DNA of 54,683 bases from positions 1 to 54,683 of the forward strand of contig CBEVQY010000018.1 in NCBI GenBank assembly GCA_965552135.1. Reading direction: 5' to 3'. The translations under genes were made by a program, and so were the position numbers. Positions 37,880-47,436 of the stretch are shown here, in pieces. The stretch's first letter is position 1; every line of letters starts with the position of its first letter. The stretch is from an uncultured bacterium. Lineage in GTDB: Bacteria; UBP14; UBA6098; B30-G16. The notes below the pieces were generated by a model that saw only the letters and a program-made list of their open reading frames with translations, did not search any database and had not been told where the DNA came from.

Positions 37880-38410
37880 TTACTTCTCCCTGCGTTTTTC
37901 TGCGGCGGCTGTCGACTCTCCGAGGGCTTTTGCCAGGGCGGCGCGGAAGTCGTCGTCGGGCGGGGTTGGGGCTCCGCTCGTCCGCGCCAAAACAACGCCG
38001 TCTGAAATCAGGATCCTCGTCGGGAGCTTCGACACACCGAAGGCCCAAAAGACCGTGGAGTCGACCTTAACCAGCGGAACAGTTAGGTTCAGGTTGTCGA
38101 TTGCTTTTCTGAATCTACTTGTATCTTCGTAAGTTAACGCGATTACTTTAAGTTGTTTGTTAGATTTTGCGATGCTGTCTATTTCGGCAAGTTCGACTAA
38201 GCACGGTCCGCACCAGCTCGCGACGAACGAAAGGAGCCAGCTCCCCTTCCTCAGCTCCGCCGATGTGACTTTTCCCTCCGAGGTGCTGAAGGCGACGTCG
38301 GGCAGTATTTCGCGGGTTTTTCCAGCGTTTTCCTTCGGGTTTTTCGAGCATCCCGCAACGAGCAAAGCGGCGGCGAAAAAAAGGATTTTAGGCTTTGTGC
38401 GGTGCTTCAA
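37880..38410 (-). CDS. TlpA-family thiol:disulfide oxidoreductase lipoprotein
   Basis: Lipobox VAGC, FVASWCGPCL.EL, FGV.KLPT. TTG start overlapping the yigZ stop is inferred. Confidence 0.8.
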   Translation of the reverse strand: MKHRTKPKILFFAAALLVAGCSKNPKENAGKTREILPDVAFSTSEGKVTSAELRKGSWLLSFVASWCGPCLVELAEIDSIAKSNKQLKVIALTYEDTSRFRKAIDNLNLTVPLVKVDSTVFWAFGVSKLPTRILISDGVVLARTSGAPTPPDDDFRAALAKALGESTAAAEKRREK

Positions 38411-39018
38411 CCTTCGGTCACCTCCAGCCTCGATTTGCCTTTGGTGAGTTCTGCGAGGAGCGATTTGGCATCCTCCAGCGCGCTTTGGGGTATTCGCGCC
38501 GTGACGACGACGTCTTCGGAGAAGCTTTGGTCCACGATTACGCCGCCCGCGCGGTCGACGAAGATCGCCCACTGAGCCACGGCGCCGTAGGGGATGTGTG
38601 CGATCACGCTAAGCATCGGTCTGTATGGGGTGAGCTTTGCGTTTTCGAGCGCGGCTCGCGCCGCTTCGGCGTATGCGCGTGCAAGCCCGCCTGTGCCAAG
38701 CTTAATCCCGCCGAAGTATCGCACCACGGCGACGAAGGCGTCGGTCACGTTCATTCCGCGCAGCACGCGCATTATGGGTGCTCCCGCGGTGCCGGGGGGC
38801 TCGCCTGCGTCGCTGTAGCTCTCTTGGCTGCCGCCCGCACCAAGGCGAAAGGCATAGGCTATGTGCGTTGCGTCGTGGTGCCGTGATCTTATGTCCGCAA
38901 GCGCCCGCTCGAAGGCGGAACGGCTCAGGACGGGACCGGCAAAACCGTAAAACCTCGAACCCTTGACCTCAATCGCCGAGCTCCCCTCTCCCGCAAGGCT
39001 GTATTCGGCTTCGCTCAT
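38407..39018 (-). CDS. yigZ: YigZ/IMPACT family protein
   Basis: KGSRF, ATH.AYA, SDAGEP.GTAG.P, VVRYFGG.KLG.GGL.RAY. Confidence 0.93.
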   Translation of the reverse strand: MSEAEYSLAGEGSSAIEVKGSRFYGFAGPVLSRSAFERALADIRSRHHDATHIAYAFRLGAGGSQESYSDAGEPPGTAGAPIMRVLRGMNVTDAFVAVVRYFGGIKLGTGGLARAYAEAARAALENAKLTPYRPMLSVIAHIPYGAVAQWAIFVDRAGGVIVDQSFSEDVVVTARIPQSALEDAKSLLAELTKGKSRLEVTEG

Positions 39019-40025
39019 ACGAGCAAAACTTTCCTTTCGCCGGGCTTTATCTCTCCCGCGACGAAGGCTTCGTCGCCGAGGATATCGAGCGCCTTTTGGG
39101 CGTCCTCGGGCGGCAGGACGAACAGGAACCCAAAGCCCATGTTGAAGGTTCGAAACATCTCCGCCTCTTCGACGTTCCCGAGCCTTTGGATGAGGGAGAA
39201 TACCGGCGGCTTTGGCGCGCTTTGCTTCGATATCACGGCTTGGCAGCCTTGGGGAAGTATCCGCACGAGGTTTCCCTCGACGCCGCCGCCCGTTATATGC
39301 GCCATCCCGTGGAGTTCCACCTTCCCGCGCAACAAGCGAACCGCGGGCAGATAGAGTCTGTGGGTCTTCAGGAGGGCTTCGCCCACCGTTTCCCCAAGCT
39401 CGTCCACGTAGCTTTCGACGTCAAGCCCGCCCACGTCGAAGAGCGCCTTTCGCGCCAGGGAGTAGCCGTTTGTGTGGAGCCCGTTCGAAGGGAGCGCAAC
39501 GACGACGTCCCCGGGGCGGATGGCGTCTCCCTTGACGATTTCGCTCCGCTTCACCTCGCCCGCGATGAACCCCACGAGGTCGAAGCGTCCAGGGGCGTAT
39601 ATCCCAGGCATCTGAGCCGTTTCTCCGGCGATGAGCGCTGCGCCCACATCCCTGCACGCGCGGGCAACGCCCGAAACGAGCTCCGCTATGCGCGAGGGCG
39701 GAAGGTCGGCGTGGGCGATGTAGTCGAGGAAGAAGGCTGGGTCGGCGTTGTGGACGGCGATATCGTTGGCGCAGTGGTTAACGAGGTCGGCGCCTATGGT
39801 GTCGAAGACGCCCATCATCGCCGCAACTATGACCTTGGTTCCAACGCCGTCGACGCTTGCGAGGATGACCCTGTCGCCAACCTCGAATCCGCCGGCGAAA
39901 AGCCCCGCCTCGGTCACAACACGCTCGTTGAATGTTTTGGTCAGGGCGCGGGATATCAGTCTTTTGGCTTCGTCGGCAGCCTCCTGGTCCACGCCGCTTA
40001 AGGCGTATGTAAGCCTTCTCCTCAT
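39015..40025 (-). CDS. purM: Phosphoribosylformylglycinamidine cyclo-ligase (AIR synthetase)
   Basis: Y..SGVD, DGVGTK, FFLDY, GETAQMPG, SNGLHTNGYSL, AHITGGG, EMFRTFNMG.G. Confidence 0.96.
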   Translation of the reverse strand: MRRRLTYALSGVDQEAADEAKRLISRALTKTFNERVVTEAGLFAGGFEVGDRVILASVDGVGTKVIVAAMMGVFDTIGADLVNHCANDIAVHNADPAFFLDYIAHADLPPSRIAELVSGVARACRDVGAALIAGETAQMPGIYAPGRFDLVGFIAGEVKRSEIVKGDAIRPGDVVVALPSNGLHTNGYSLARKALFDVGGLDVESYVDELGETVGEALLKTHRLYLPAVRLLRGKVELHGMAHITGGGVEGNLVRILPQGCQAVISKQSAPKPPVFSLIQRLGNVEEAEMFRTFNMGFGFLFVLPPEDAQKALDILGDEAFVAGEIKPGERKVLLV

Positions 40026-41071
40026 TTCTCCTCGCTCGATCTTGATGGTGTGAACTCACCGCCAAGCTCGCCGCCGTCGGCGACCTCCTCCAGAAGCTCC
40101 CTTATCTGCTCCTCCTCGGCGCTGAGCTCCCTTCTTCGGGAGAGTATCTTGTACGCGGTAGCTGCGGCAAGCGGCAGCCCGAGCCATATGGCGAAGAACC
40201 TTACGGGTCCCATGGAGAAGACGGGCTGGGGGGCGATTCGGTTGGCGTTGTATATCACCACAAGCGCCGACGCCCACACGGCGAAGAAGTTCGCCATCGG
40301 CTCGCTTGCGTGGAAGAGCTTTAGCCCTGGGGTTCGTTCCTTCGTGAATGGCCAGAGGAGATTTCCGCCCATAAATCCGAAGCAGTCGGCGGCGACGTGA
40401 GCCCAGAAAGGCAGCGCCACAAGCAAAGCCCAGTACCAGCCGAATATTATCCCCGCCGCTATCCCGAGGTATGCGCCCAGTGTGAAGCTGTGCGACCACT
40501 GCCTGTGCCACGGGATAAACACCACCTCGACCTTATCGCCCGGGCGCGGCTTGAAGCCTATCGTCGGTCCCGAGAGGATGTCGACGCGGGTGGGCTTGTC
40601 GTGGGTGTGGATGATGTCGCAGCTCACCTTCGCCCTGCCCAAAGCCCTGTCCTCCGGCGGCTCCGTACCGGGAAACGGCTCCTGACTCGTGGAGACTATC
40701 GGACCGATCCTTACCATGACCTCGTTCGCCTCGGTGTCGAATATGATCTCGTACTTTCGCCATCTGTCGGGGGCAAGCTGCATCGTGTGGAACCGCACCC
40801 GCACCTCGCGACCGGTTCTGTGTGCCTCCTCTATCGCCCTGGCGACCGTCTCCGCCATCGATTGGGGATCGAGGTTGTCGGGGTCGGGGTCTATCACGTA
40901 GTCTTCGCGTTCGAAGAACCTTGCGAACTTGAAGTCGAGGGTGTCGGGCAAAAGTCCGAAGGCACCGGCAACAAGCAGGTCGAAGGCGTGTCCGTGCAGG
41001 GCGCGCTCGAGTGTGCCGGGGATGAACGTCGCCACCGCAACTCCTATCGAAAAGTGAGCTATCCCCTTCAT
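40022..41071 (-). CDS. YdjM-like inner-membrane metal-dependent hydrolase with a soluble insertion
   Basis: GIAH, LLPDTLD, WHRQWSHS, AH..AD...G..LLWPF. GGAGG RBS before ATG 41071. Confidence 0.75.
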   Translation of the reverse strand: MKGIAHFSIGVAVATFIPGTLERALHGHAFDLLVAGAFGLLPDTLDFKFARFFEREDYVIDPDPDNLDPQSMAETVARAIEEAHRTGREVRVRFHTMQLAPDRWRKYEIIFDTEANEVMVRIGPIVSTSQEPFPGTEPPEDRALGRAKVSCDIIHTHDKPTRVDILSGPTIGFKPRPGDKVEVVFIPWHRQWSHSFTLGAYLGIAAGIIFGWYWALLVALPFWAHVAADCFGFMGGNLLWPFTKERTPGLKLFHASEPMANFFAVWASALVVIYNANRIAPQPVFSMGPVRFFAIWLGLPLAAATAYKILSRRRELSAEEEQIRELLEEVADGGELGGEFTPSRSSEEK

Positions 41072-41175
41072 CTCGACCTCCAGAAGCATAAAAAATTGCG
41101 GGGCGCCCGTTGAGGCAACGAATTTTCTCGCCGGCGACAAAAATTGTTGCGCCCGAAGTCCGGGCGGTGTTTTTT

Positions 41176-42441
41176 GTGAGCGTGCGTCTGTGGGTGTGGA
41201 CATTGGCTCTTCTGGTCGGCGCGGTGGTGGGGCAGGTCCTCGACCTCGGGACCATCCAGCGCGTCAAAGGTCCGCAAAAGCTTGGTGCATCCGCGGGCGA
41301 GGCTGTACAGGGCGCCATGACGCAGCTTGAACGTCAGCTCGAAAAGCTCAAGGAAGCCCGCCAAAAAGCCACAGAGCGGCTGCAGAGGGTTCAGTATTCG
41401 CCCATAGATGGGGTTATCGATCCCGCCGAATACGTCGTTGGTCCGCACGATGTGGTTCGCGTTCAGGTTTGGGGTGCCACGGCGCTCGATGAGCTTGTGG
41501 AGGTCACCCCCGACGGCATGGCTGTCCTTCCGGGGTACGGCGCAGTGGAGGTTGGCGGGCTTTCGTGGGGCGAGGCGAAGTCGAGGCTTGTGGATGCGGT
41601 AAAGCGCGCGTACAACCCCGAGCGCTTTGCGGTAACGCTTGCCGCGGTTAGGGTGTTTTGGGCTCATGTGTGCGGCGAGGTGGAGGCTCCCGGCAGCTAT
41701 CAGCTCGGCGCAACGCAGCGCGTTTGGGACCTCATCCAGCTTGCCGGCGGGAACACCCCCATCGCCGACCTTGCGAACGTCCGCATCTACCGCAGGGGAG
41801 GGGACACCGTTGTGGTCGATATGTCGCCCTACATTGTGCGGGGAGAGCTTTCCGCGAACCCCTACGTCTACGACGGCGATGTCGTCTACATCCCGCCCCT
41901 TGACGACAGGTACGGTCTTGTGCGCCTTTACGGCGCCGGCGTTCGAAGCGGTGTGTACAGCCTCAGGCGATCCGAAAGCCTTGCGGAGTTCGCGAAGCGG
42001 GTGGGGGTTCTCTCGCAGTCGGCGGAGTTTTCGAGGGTGCAGCTGATCCGCGGCGAGGAGGTTTTGAGCATCGACCTCGTGCGCGAGGACGTGAAGCTCG
42101 AGGACGGCGATGTGATAATCTTCCCGACGCACGTCGATTCGATCTTCGTGGGGGGCATAGTCACCGACGGCGGGGCTTATCCGTATTACCCCGGGCTTTC
42201 GTATCAGGCTTACGTTGCCATGGCGGGCGGACCGATGGATAAGGGGTCGGTGACCCGCGTTTCGATATACCGCAGGGGGCAAAAGCTTTCGCCCAAAAGG
42301 GCGGGCGAGCTTATGCCGGGCGACGTGATAATAGTGCGACACGACTCCTTCTACCGCGCAAAGGACTTTATAGAGATGTTGGCGAGGACCGTAAGCTCGG
42401 GGCTTACGATATATTACCTCATCGACCGTCTCACGCAGTAG
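41176..42441 (+). CDS. Polysaccharide export (Wza-like) protein with SLBB domains
   Basis: YVVGPHD...VWG, VTPDG...PG.G.V...G, V.GEV..PG.Y, LAGG, Y...AGG, L.PGD.I.V and a C-terminal helix. Start uncertain. Confidence 0.85.
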   Translation: MSVRLWVWTLALLVGAVVGQVLDLGTIQRVKGPQKLGASAGEAVQGAMTQLERQLEKLKEARQKATERLQRVQYSPIDGVIDPAEYVVGPHDVVRVQVWGATALDELVEVTPDGMAVLPGYGAVEVGGLSWGEAKSRLVDAVKRAYNPERFAVTLAAVRVFWAHVCGEVEAPGSYQLGATQRVWDLIQLAGGNTPIADLANVRIYRRGGDTVVVDMSPYIVRGELSANPYVYDGDVVYIPPLDDRYGLVRLYGAGVRSGVYSLRRSESLAEFAKRVGVLSQSAEFSRVQLIRGEEVLSIDLVREDVKLEDGDVIIFPTHVDSIFVGGIVTDGGAYPYYPGLSYQAYVAMAGGPMDKGSVTRVSIYRRGQKLSPKRAGELMPGDVIIVRHDSFYRAKDFIEMLARTVSSGLTIYYLIDRLTQ

Positions 42442-42494
42442 GGCTTTTCCCTCCGCGCCGTGGGGCTTTGTTTATGCTGTGGGGGGCTTCGTTT

Positions 42495-44555
42495 ATGAGG
42501 AAGGCGGCATTGGCTTTTGTGACCTGGGCGGGTATGCTTTTTTGCGGCTGGCTTTTTGTCCTTCGGACGACGGCGCCGGGGCTCGCACTCGACGACGGAT
42601 ACATCCACCTCGTCTACGCCCGAAACCTGCTTGATGGACACCCGTTCCAGTTCAACGTCGGCGAGACGTCGAGCGGGAGCACGTCGCCCTTTTGGGTCCT
42701 GGTGCTTTCGGTTTTGGGCGTCTTTGTTGGCGTTATGGGGGCTTCGTGGGTTGCCTCGGCGCTTTCGTTTGCGATAGCCGCGTACGCCGCGTTTGCGCTC
42801 GCAAGACAAGTAGCGCTCTCCCTTGAGGGGGATCAGCTTCTGCCGTCCCTGGCGCCGCTGGTGATCCTCACGCACGGAAGGTTCTTCTGGCACGCCTTCT
42901 CGGGGATGGAGACGCAGCTTTACTCTGCGGCGGTCGCGCTATCGCTGGCGGCGTTTCTGAGCGAGGCAAGACGGGGCAGGGCGTTTTTCGGATCAGCCGC
43001 CATAGGCGCCGTCGCGCTCTGGATTCGTCCCGAGACGTTCCTGCTCGTCCTCGTCCTGGCTTCAGCCTACCTTCTTGAGTCGCGGGGCAGGCTCCGCAGG
43101 GCACTCGGACCGATCGCCGTTCTGGCGGCTTCGGTGGCGCTCTACTTCGTCTTCAACTATGTCCTCACCGGCGCGCCGCTGCCGAACACCTACTTCAGTA
43201 AATCCTCCCTCTACCGCGGAACGAGGGCGGACTACCTTGGCTACACCGCCGCGACGTTCTGGAGGGACAACCACGTCTTGTTCATAGGCTTTGCCTTCGG
43301 TTTCGTTTTGGTTTTGGTTCGGGCTTTCCGTTCGGGCGTGCTTTGGCTTTCGGTGCCTGTTGTTTGGGTTTTGGGGCTTGTTTTCGCGAAGTTCGTCGTC
43401 TCTCCCCAGGAGGCTCACTTCGGGCGGTATACGGTTGTGGTTCTTCCCGCGGCGGTTGGCATTGCGGTGGGTGTGTTTTCGCTGCGGCGTTTTGTGGGGC
43501 TTTTCGCTTTGGCGGCGGTTCTGGCGGCGAACATCCTTGACCTTCCGCGCTGGATCCTGATGCCGGCGAGGACCGTAATGCAGATAAACGTCGTCCACGG
43601 CGATGCTGCGCGGTGGCTTCTGGAGCACGCGGCGCAGAACGCCACCGTCGCCACGCACGACGTCGGAAGGATAAAATACGACACGAAAATGACGATCATC
43701 GACCTTGCCGGGCTCGCCTCGAACGACATCGCAAAGCGCGTGTGGGAAAGGAGGAGAACGCTGCGACACTCCTTCATCGCCTACGACTCCATCGCCGCGG
43801 AGGTTATACTCAGCAGGCGCCCCGACTACATAGCGATATCGCCCGTCTGGTTTCCTTATCTTTCCGCCAACCGCGATGCGCTTGAGCTTCTGTGGCGGTC
43901 GTTCAGGTTCACCGATGCGGTCGAGTGCGTCCCGGAGATGGCGATATATCGCCTAAAGGCGGGGGGCGAGGGGCATCTTATGGACTTCGCGAAGCACGGC
44001 TTCAGCCCCGATAAGCAGTGGATCTTGGGGATCTTCCTTCCGCAGGTGAGGGGGGTGCTTGCGTCCCTCTCGACTATGCCGCCCCAGGAGAGGGCGCTTT
44101 ACCTCGATTTCCTGCGCGGCAGAAACGAGAGGCTCTTTCCGTACCTGCGGGTGTCGCTTAGGAACATAGTCTCCGAGCTTATCGGCTGGCGCAGATACGG
44201 GGATGTCGTCGACGTAGCCGCCTTCGGCTGCGCGCTCTATCCCGATGACCCGGTTCTTTGGAACGTTATGGGCGCGGCTTTTTCGCAGCTTGGGCGTTTT
44301 TCGGATGCGGCGGAGGCTTTTCGGCATGCCCTGACCCTCGCGCCCCAAAACGACACTTACAGGCTGAACTACGCCGTCGCCCTCGCGAACTCGGGAAATC
44401 CCTCGGAGGCTTTGGCGCAGGTGGACTCCGTTTTGGCGCGTCATCCCGAAAGCGCAAGGGCGCTTTTTCTGCGGGATTTTTGCGAAAGGAAAATGGAGGC
44501 GGCGGGAATCGAACCCGCGTCCGGTGGGGTCAGCCCGCATCGTCTACGGGAGTAG
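42495..44555 (+). CDS. Polytopic membrane protein, GT-C glycosyltransferase-like, with C-terminal TPR
   Basis: DDGYI..VYARN...G...FN.GE...G.TSP.W, SGMET, RPE, PNTY..K, GRY, D.G.I.Y...IDL.GL. TPR-like tail. Confidence 0.75.
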   Translation: MRKAALAFVTWAGMLFCGWLFVLRTTAPGLALDDGYIHLVYARNLLDGHPFQFNVGETSSGSTSPFWVLVLSVLGVFVGVMGASWVASALSFAIAAYAAFALARQVALSLEGDQLLPSLAPLVILTHGRFFWHAFSGMETQLYSAAVALSLAAFLSEARRGRAFFGSAAIGAVALWIRPETFLLVLVLASAYLLESRGRLRRALGPIAVLAASVALYFVFNYVLTGAPLPNTYFSKSSLYRGTRADYLGYTAATFWRDNHVLFIGFAFGFVLVLVRAFRSGVLWLSVPVVWVLGLVFAKFVVSPQEAHFGRYTVVVLPAAVGIAVGVFSLRRFVGLFALAAVLAANILDLPRWILMPARTVMQINVVHGDAARWLLEHAAQNATVATHDVGRIKYDTKMTIIDLAGLASNDIAKRVWERRRTLRHSFIAYDSIAAEVILSRRPDYIAISPVWFPYLSANRDALELLWRSFRFTDAVECVPEMAIYRLKAGGEGHLMDFAKHGFSPDKQWILGIFLPQVRGVLASLSTMPPQERALYLDFLRGRNERLFPYLRVSLRNIVSELIGWRRYGDVVDVAAFGCALYPDDPVLWNVMGAAFSQLGRFSDAAEAFRHALTLAPQNDTYRLNYAVALANSGNPSEALAQVDSVLARHPESARALFLRDFCERKMEAAGIEPASGGVSPHRLRE

Positions 44556-44842
44556 TCCGTCTATTTTGCTCTCGTCCGCGGGCGCGCCGACGGACAGGCT
44601 CACCCGCAGACCAGCCCCAAACTCTTAGGTCAACCTGAGGGGCGTCGGTTGACCGCAGCTCCTGTGCCCGACCTCCGCTGTGCCCGAGCAGGAGCACCCT
44701 CGAGCACGGGAGGGGTCGCGTACCTTACGCGACCATTGCGTAGGTGTTGGTCGCACCTATTCGTTTCGAGGCAGTTTTACGGCTTACCCCAGGCCGTCCC
44801 GCAGATGCGAACCTCAACCCACCGTCGAATCCCTTCGCCCCC
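44494..44842 (-). ncRNA. ssrA: tmRNA (SsrA), tag (A)ATNTYAMVA
   Basis: 5' GGGGGCGAAGGGATTCGACGG; 3' GGACGCGGGTTCGATTCCCGCCGCCTCCA; G3-U70 alanine identity pair. Tag ORF at 44754-44725 after ATAGGT. 349 nt. Confidence 0.95.
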
Positions 44843-44850
44843 GCGCATCT

Positions 44851-44880
44851 ATTATATATACGTAGGGCGCGTTCTGTCAA
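44851..44880 (-). promoter_or_regulatory. Sigma70 promoter of ssrA
   Basis: TTGACA-18 nt-TATAAT just upstream of the tmRNA 5' end. Confidence 0.7.
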
Positions 44881-44959
44881 GCGGCGTCGCGAAAAATCCT
44901 TGCATTTTTGGGAGGGAGCAAGTTAATTGGGCAATCAAAGCGGTCAAGGAGGGTTTGGG

Positions 44960-47422
44960 ATGCGCTTAGGAAGGCTTGTGGTGCTTTTTTGCGCGCTTTT
45001 GGTTACGTTTGGTTTTGCGCGCGCTGACAGGGCGCGTGGGGCGGTGCTCTTTTTGACGATAGGTCCCGGTGCGCGTGCCGCGGGCATGGGCGAGGCGTTC
45101 GTCGCGGTGGCGGATGACCCAACGGCAACGTACTGGAATCCCGCCGGGCTTGGGCGATATCCGCTCTCAAGCAGGTGGCACACCTTCCACCTTCCCGACA
45201 GCGCCGCGCGCTTTTTCGCCGTCGTCAAAACCGCCCGCGCCGACGTGGACTTCAGAAAGTACGACCTGTGGGCGGCGGCGCCGAAGTCCCTGTGGATGAT
45301 GCGCAGGGACAGATGGTACTCGTGCGAAGAGTACACCGTATCCGACCCCGACGGCGAAGGGATCAGGTCGATCCTCTCCGAGTTCGCCAACTTAAAAAGC
45401 TACGAACAGACCTACGTCGACAGCGTGCTCGTTCCGAAGGTCCTGCAGTTCAACGGTCTTTCGGACACGCTTGTGCCCTACGACACCAAGCTTCGGATTC
45501 CTTTCGTCTACTTCGTTGCCGATTCGATAACCGCGCTTTGCGGGGGAGATCGGGTTTTGTGGATCGGCACGGTTCGCGGGCTTTACAGGTATTCGCACGG
45601 CGTTTGGCGCAGGGAGGCGGGTTCCGGCGCTCCCGAGGGCAAGCGCATAGTCTGCATCGACGTCGACAAGAGCGACAACGTTTGGGTTGGCACCGACGGC
45701 GGGCTTTTCGTCAAGAAGGGAACGCGCTGGACGCATTATACTTCATCCAACGGTCTTCCCTCCTCGCGCGTTACGGCGGTTTTTGCGCGTTCACCGCGGG
45801 ATGTTTGGGTGGCGACGCAGCGCGGCGTGGCGCACTTCAACGGCGCGTCGTGGAGAACAAACTACACGTTCGACCTCGGCGAGGGCAAAAGCTGGGAGCA
45901 GGCTGTGGAGGAGGTGTGCGGCGCCAAGGGCACTCAGCGCAAAAGGTTTTTGATAAGCACCCTCAAAGCCGAAAACGGCGCCTTAGAGCTTGAGTCTCCG
46001 CCAAAGTCGCTCAAGGTGCCCTACAACCTGGTTTTGCCCCTGCCTGTAAGGTCCATTTACGTCGACGGTCGCGGGGACGTTTGGTTCGGCAGCGAGCTTG
46101 GTTTGGTTCGCTTCGACGGCAAGTGCTGGAAGACCTTCGGCTGGCGCGGCGCCGAGATCAAAGAGCCTGTGTCGCTTAGGGATTGGGTCGACCGCAGGTG
46201 GAGCGGGCTTTCGGAAGCCACAAAGGAGAGGCTTGCCGAAAAGATAAGGGTCTTCGGCGCCATAAACGCGCGCGAGCTCAAGCCCGGCGAGGTGGTGGAG
46301 TATCCGGCAAACCCTGCAAGCGGAGAGGTCTTCGACATAGGGGCGGGTTTTGCCAAAAACGACGTCCTTATAGCGACGGAGTACGGGCTTCTGCGCTACT
46401 ATCCAAATCTGCGGCAGTTCCGCTACGTGATGTCGGGTGGGATGAAGGGCGAGGATGTGGTCTATCTTGCCAGCCGTGGCGGGGAGTTTTGGTTCGGCGT
46501 CGACGGGGCTGTGAAGATATACTCGAAGGGCAAGCCCGCAGCGTCCCTCATGCACGTCAAGTGGCTGCCGGAGCTCGCCTCCGACATATACTACGAGTAC
46601 CTCACGGGCGTCTACTATCTCGAGGACTGGGGGACGGTAGGTGGCGCCGTGACCTACATCTCCCTTGGACACAACGAGCAGACCAACGAGGCGGGCGAGG
46701 TTCTGGGCGGCTTCTACTCGTACGAGACGGCGATCGCACTCTCCTACGGCTCCAAGCTTTTGAGCAACCTCTACGGCGGGCTCACGTTTAAGTTCATCTA
46801 CAGCGCGCTTGCGCCAAGGATATACGTCGGTCACGAAAAAAAGAGCGGGACGGGCTCCTCCTTTGCGGTGGATCTCGGGCTCCTTTACGACGGACCTATA
46901 CCAGGGCTTTCGTTCGGCGTGTGCGTGCAGAACCTCGGTCCCGATATACACTATATCGACGCCGCGCAGGCTGACCCGCTCCCGAGGAACCTGAAGGTCG
47001 GGATGGCGTACAGGATCCTGCGGACAGACTACCAAAAGCTCGTCGTGGCAGCCGATATCGACAAGGAGATCATAAAGTTCAAGCAGCCCGAAAACCCCTG
47101 GGCTTTGGAGTGGCACTACGCGGTGAAGCACGTGGGGGTGGAGTATACTTACTCGAACTTCTTCTCGCTGCGGGCAGGGTACATAATCGACTACGATTAC
47201 TATCCCAAAAGCGAGGCGCTGGATAAGGTCAACAAGCCCGGCTATAAGTTCGATCCCGACGACTATATAGCCACAAACTACTTCACCTTCGGCTTGGGCA
47301 TACACTACGGGAGGATTCTCTTCGACTTCGCCTACATCCCCAAGGTCACCGACCCCGAGAATCAGAACGCGAACCTGCCTCTGTCGGATATAAAGAGATT
47401 TTCGCTGACGGTTGAGTTCTAA
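44960..47422 (+). CDS. PorV-family barrel with inserted beta-propeller and LysM-like domains
   Basis: FLTIGPGARAAGMGEAFVAVADD.TATYWNPAGL, then a roughly 450-aa insert, then HVKWLPELASD, FAVDLG, QNLGP.I.Y......DPLP.NL, LRAGY, FDFAY and terminal Phe. Confidence 0.8.
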   Translation: MRLGRLVVLFCALLVTFGFARADRARGAVLFLTIGPGARAAGMGEAFVAVADDPTATYWNPAGLGRYPLSSRWHTFHLPDSAARFFAVVKTARADVDFRKYDLWAAAPKSLWMMRRDRWYSCEEYTVSDPDGEGIRSILSEFANLKSYEQTYVDSVLVPKVLQFNGLSDTLVPYDTKLRIPFVYFVADSITALCGGDRVLWIGTVRGLYRYSHGVWRREAGSGAPEGKRIVCIDVDKSDNVWVGTDGGLFVKKGTRWTHYTSSNGLPSSRVTAVFARSPRDVWVATQRGVAHFNGASWRTNYTFDLGEGKSWEQAVEEVCGAKGTQRKRFLISTLKAENGALELESPPKSLKVPYNLVLPLPVRSIYVDGRGDVWFGSELGLVRFDGKCWKTFGWRGAEIKEPVSLRDWVDRRWSGLSEATKERLAEKIRVFGAINARELKPGEVVEYPANPASGEVFDIGAGFAKNDVLIATEYGLLRYYPNLRQFRYVMSGGMKGEDVVYLASRGGEFWFGVDGAVKIYSKGKPAASLMHVKWLPELASDIYYEYLTGVYYLEDWGTVGGAVTYISLGHNEQTNEAGEVLGGFYSYETAIALSYGSKLLSNLYGGLTFKFIYSALAPRIYVGHEKKSGTGSSFAVDLGLLYDGPIPGLSFGVCVQNLGPDIHYIDAAQADPLPRNLKVGMAYRILRTDYQKLVVAADIDKEIIKFKQPENPWALEWHYAVKHVGVEYTYSNFFSLRAGYIIDYDYYPKSEALDKVNKPGYKFDPDDYIATNYFTFGLGIHYGRILFDFAYIPKVTDPENQNANLPLSDIKRFSLTVEF

Positions 47423-47436
47423 ACAAAAGGAGGTTT

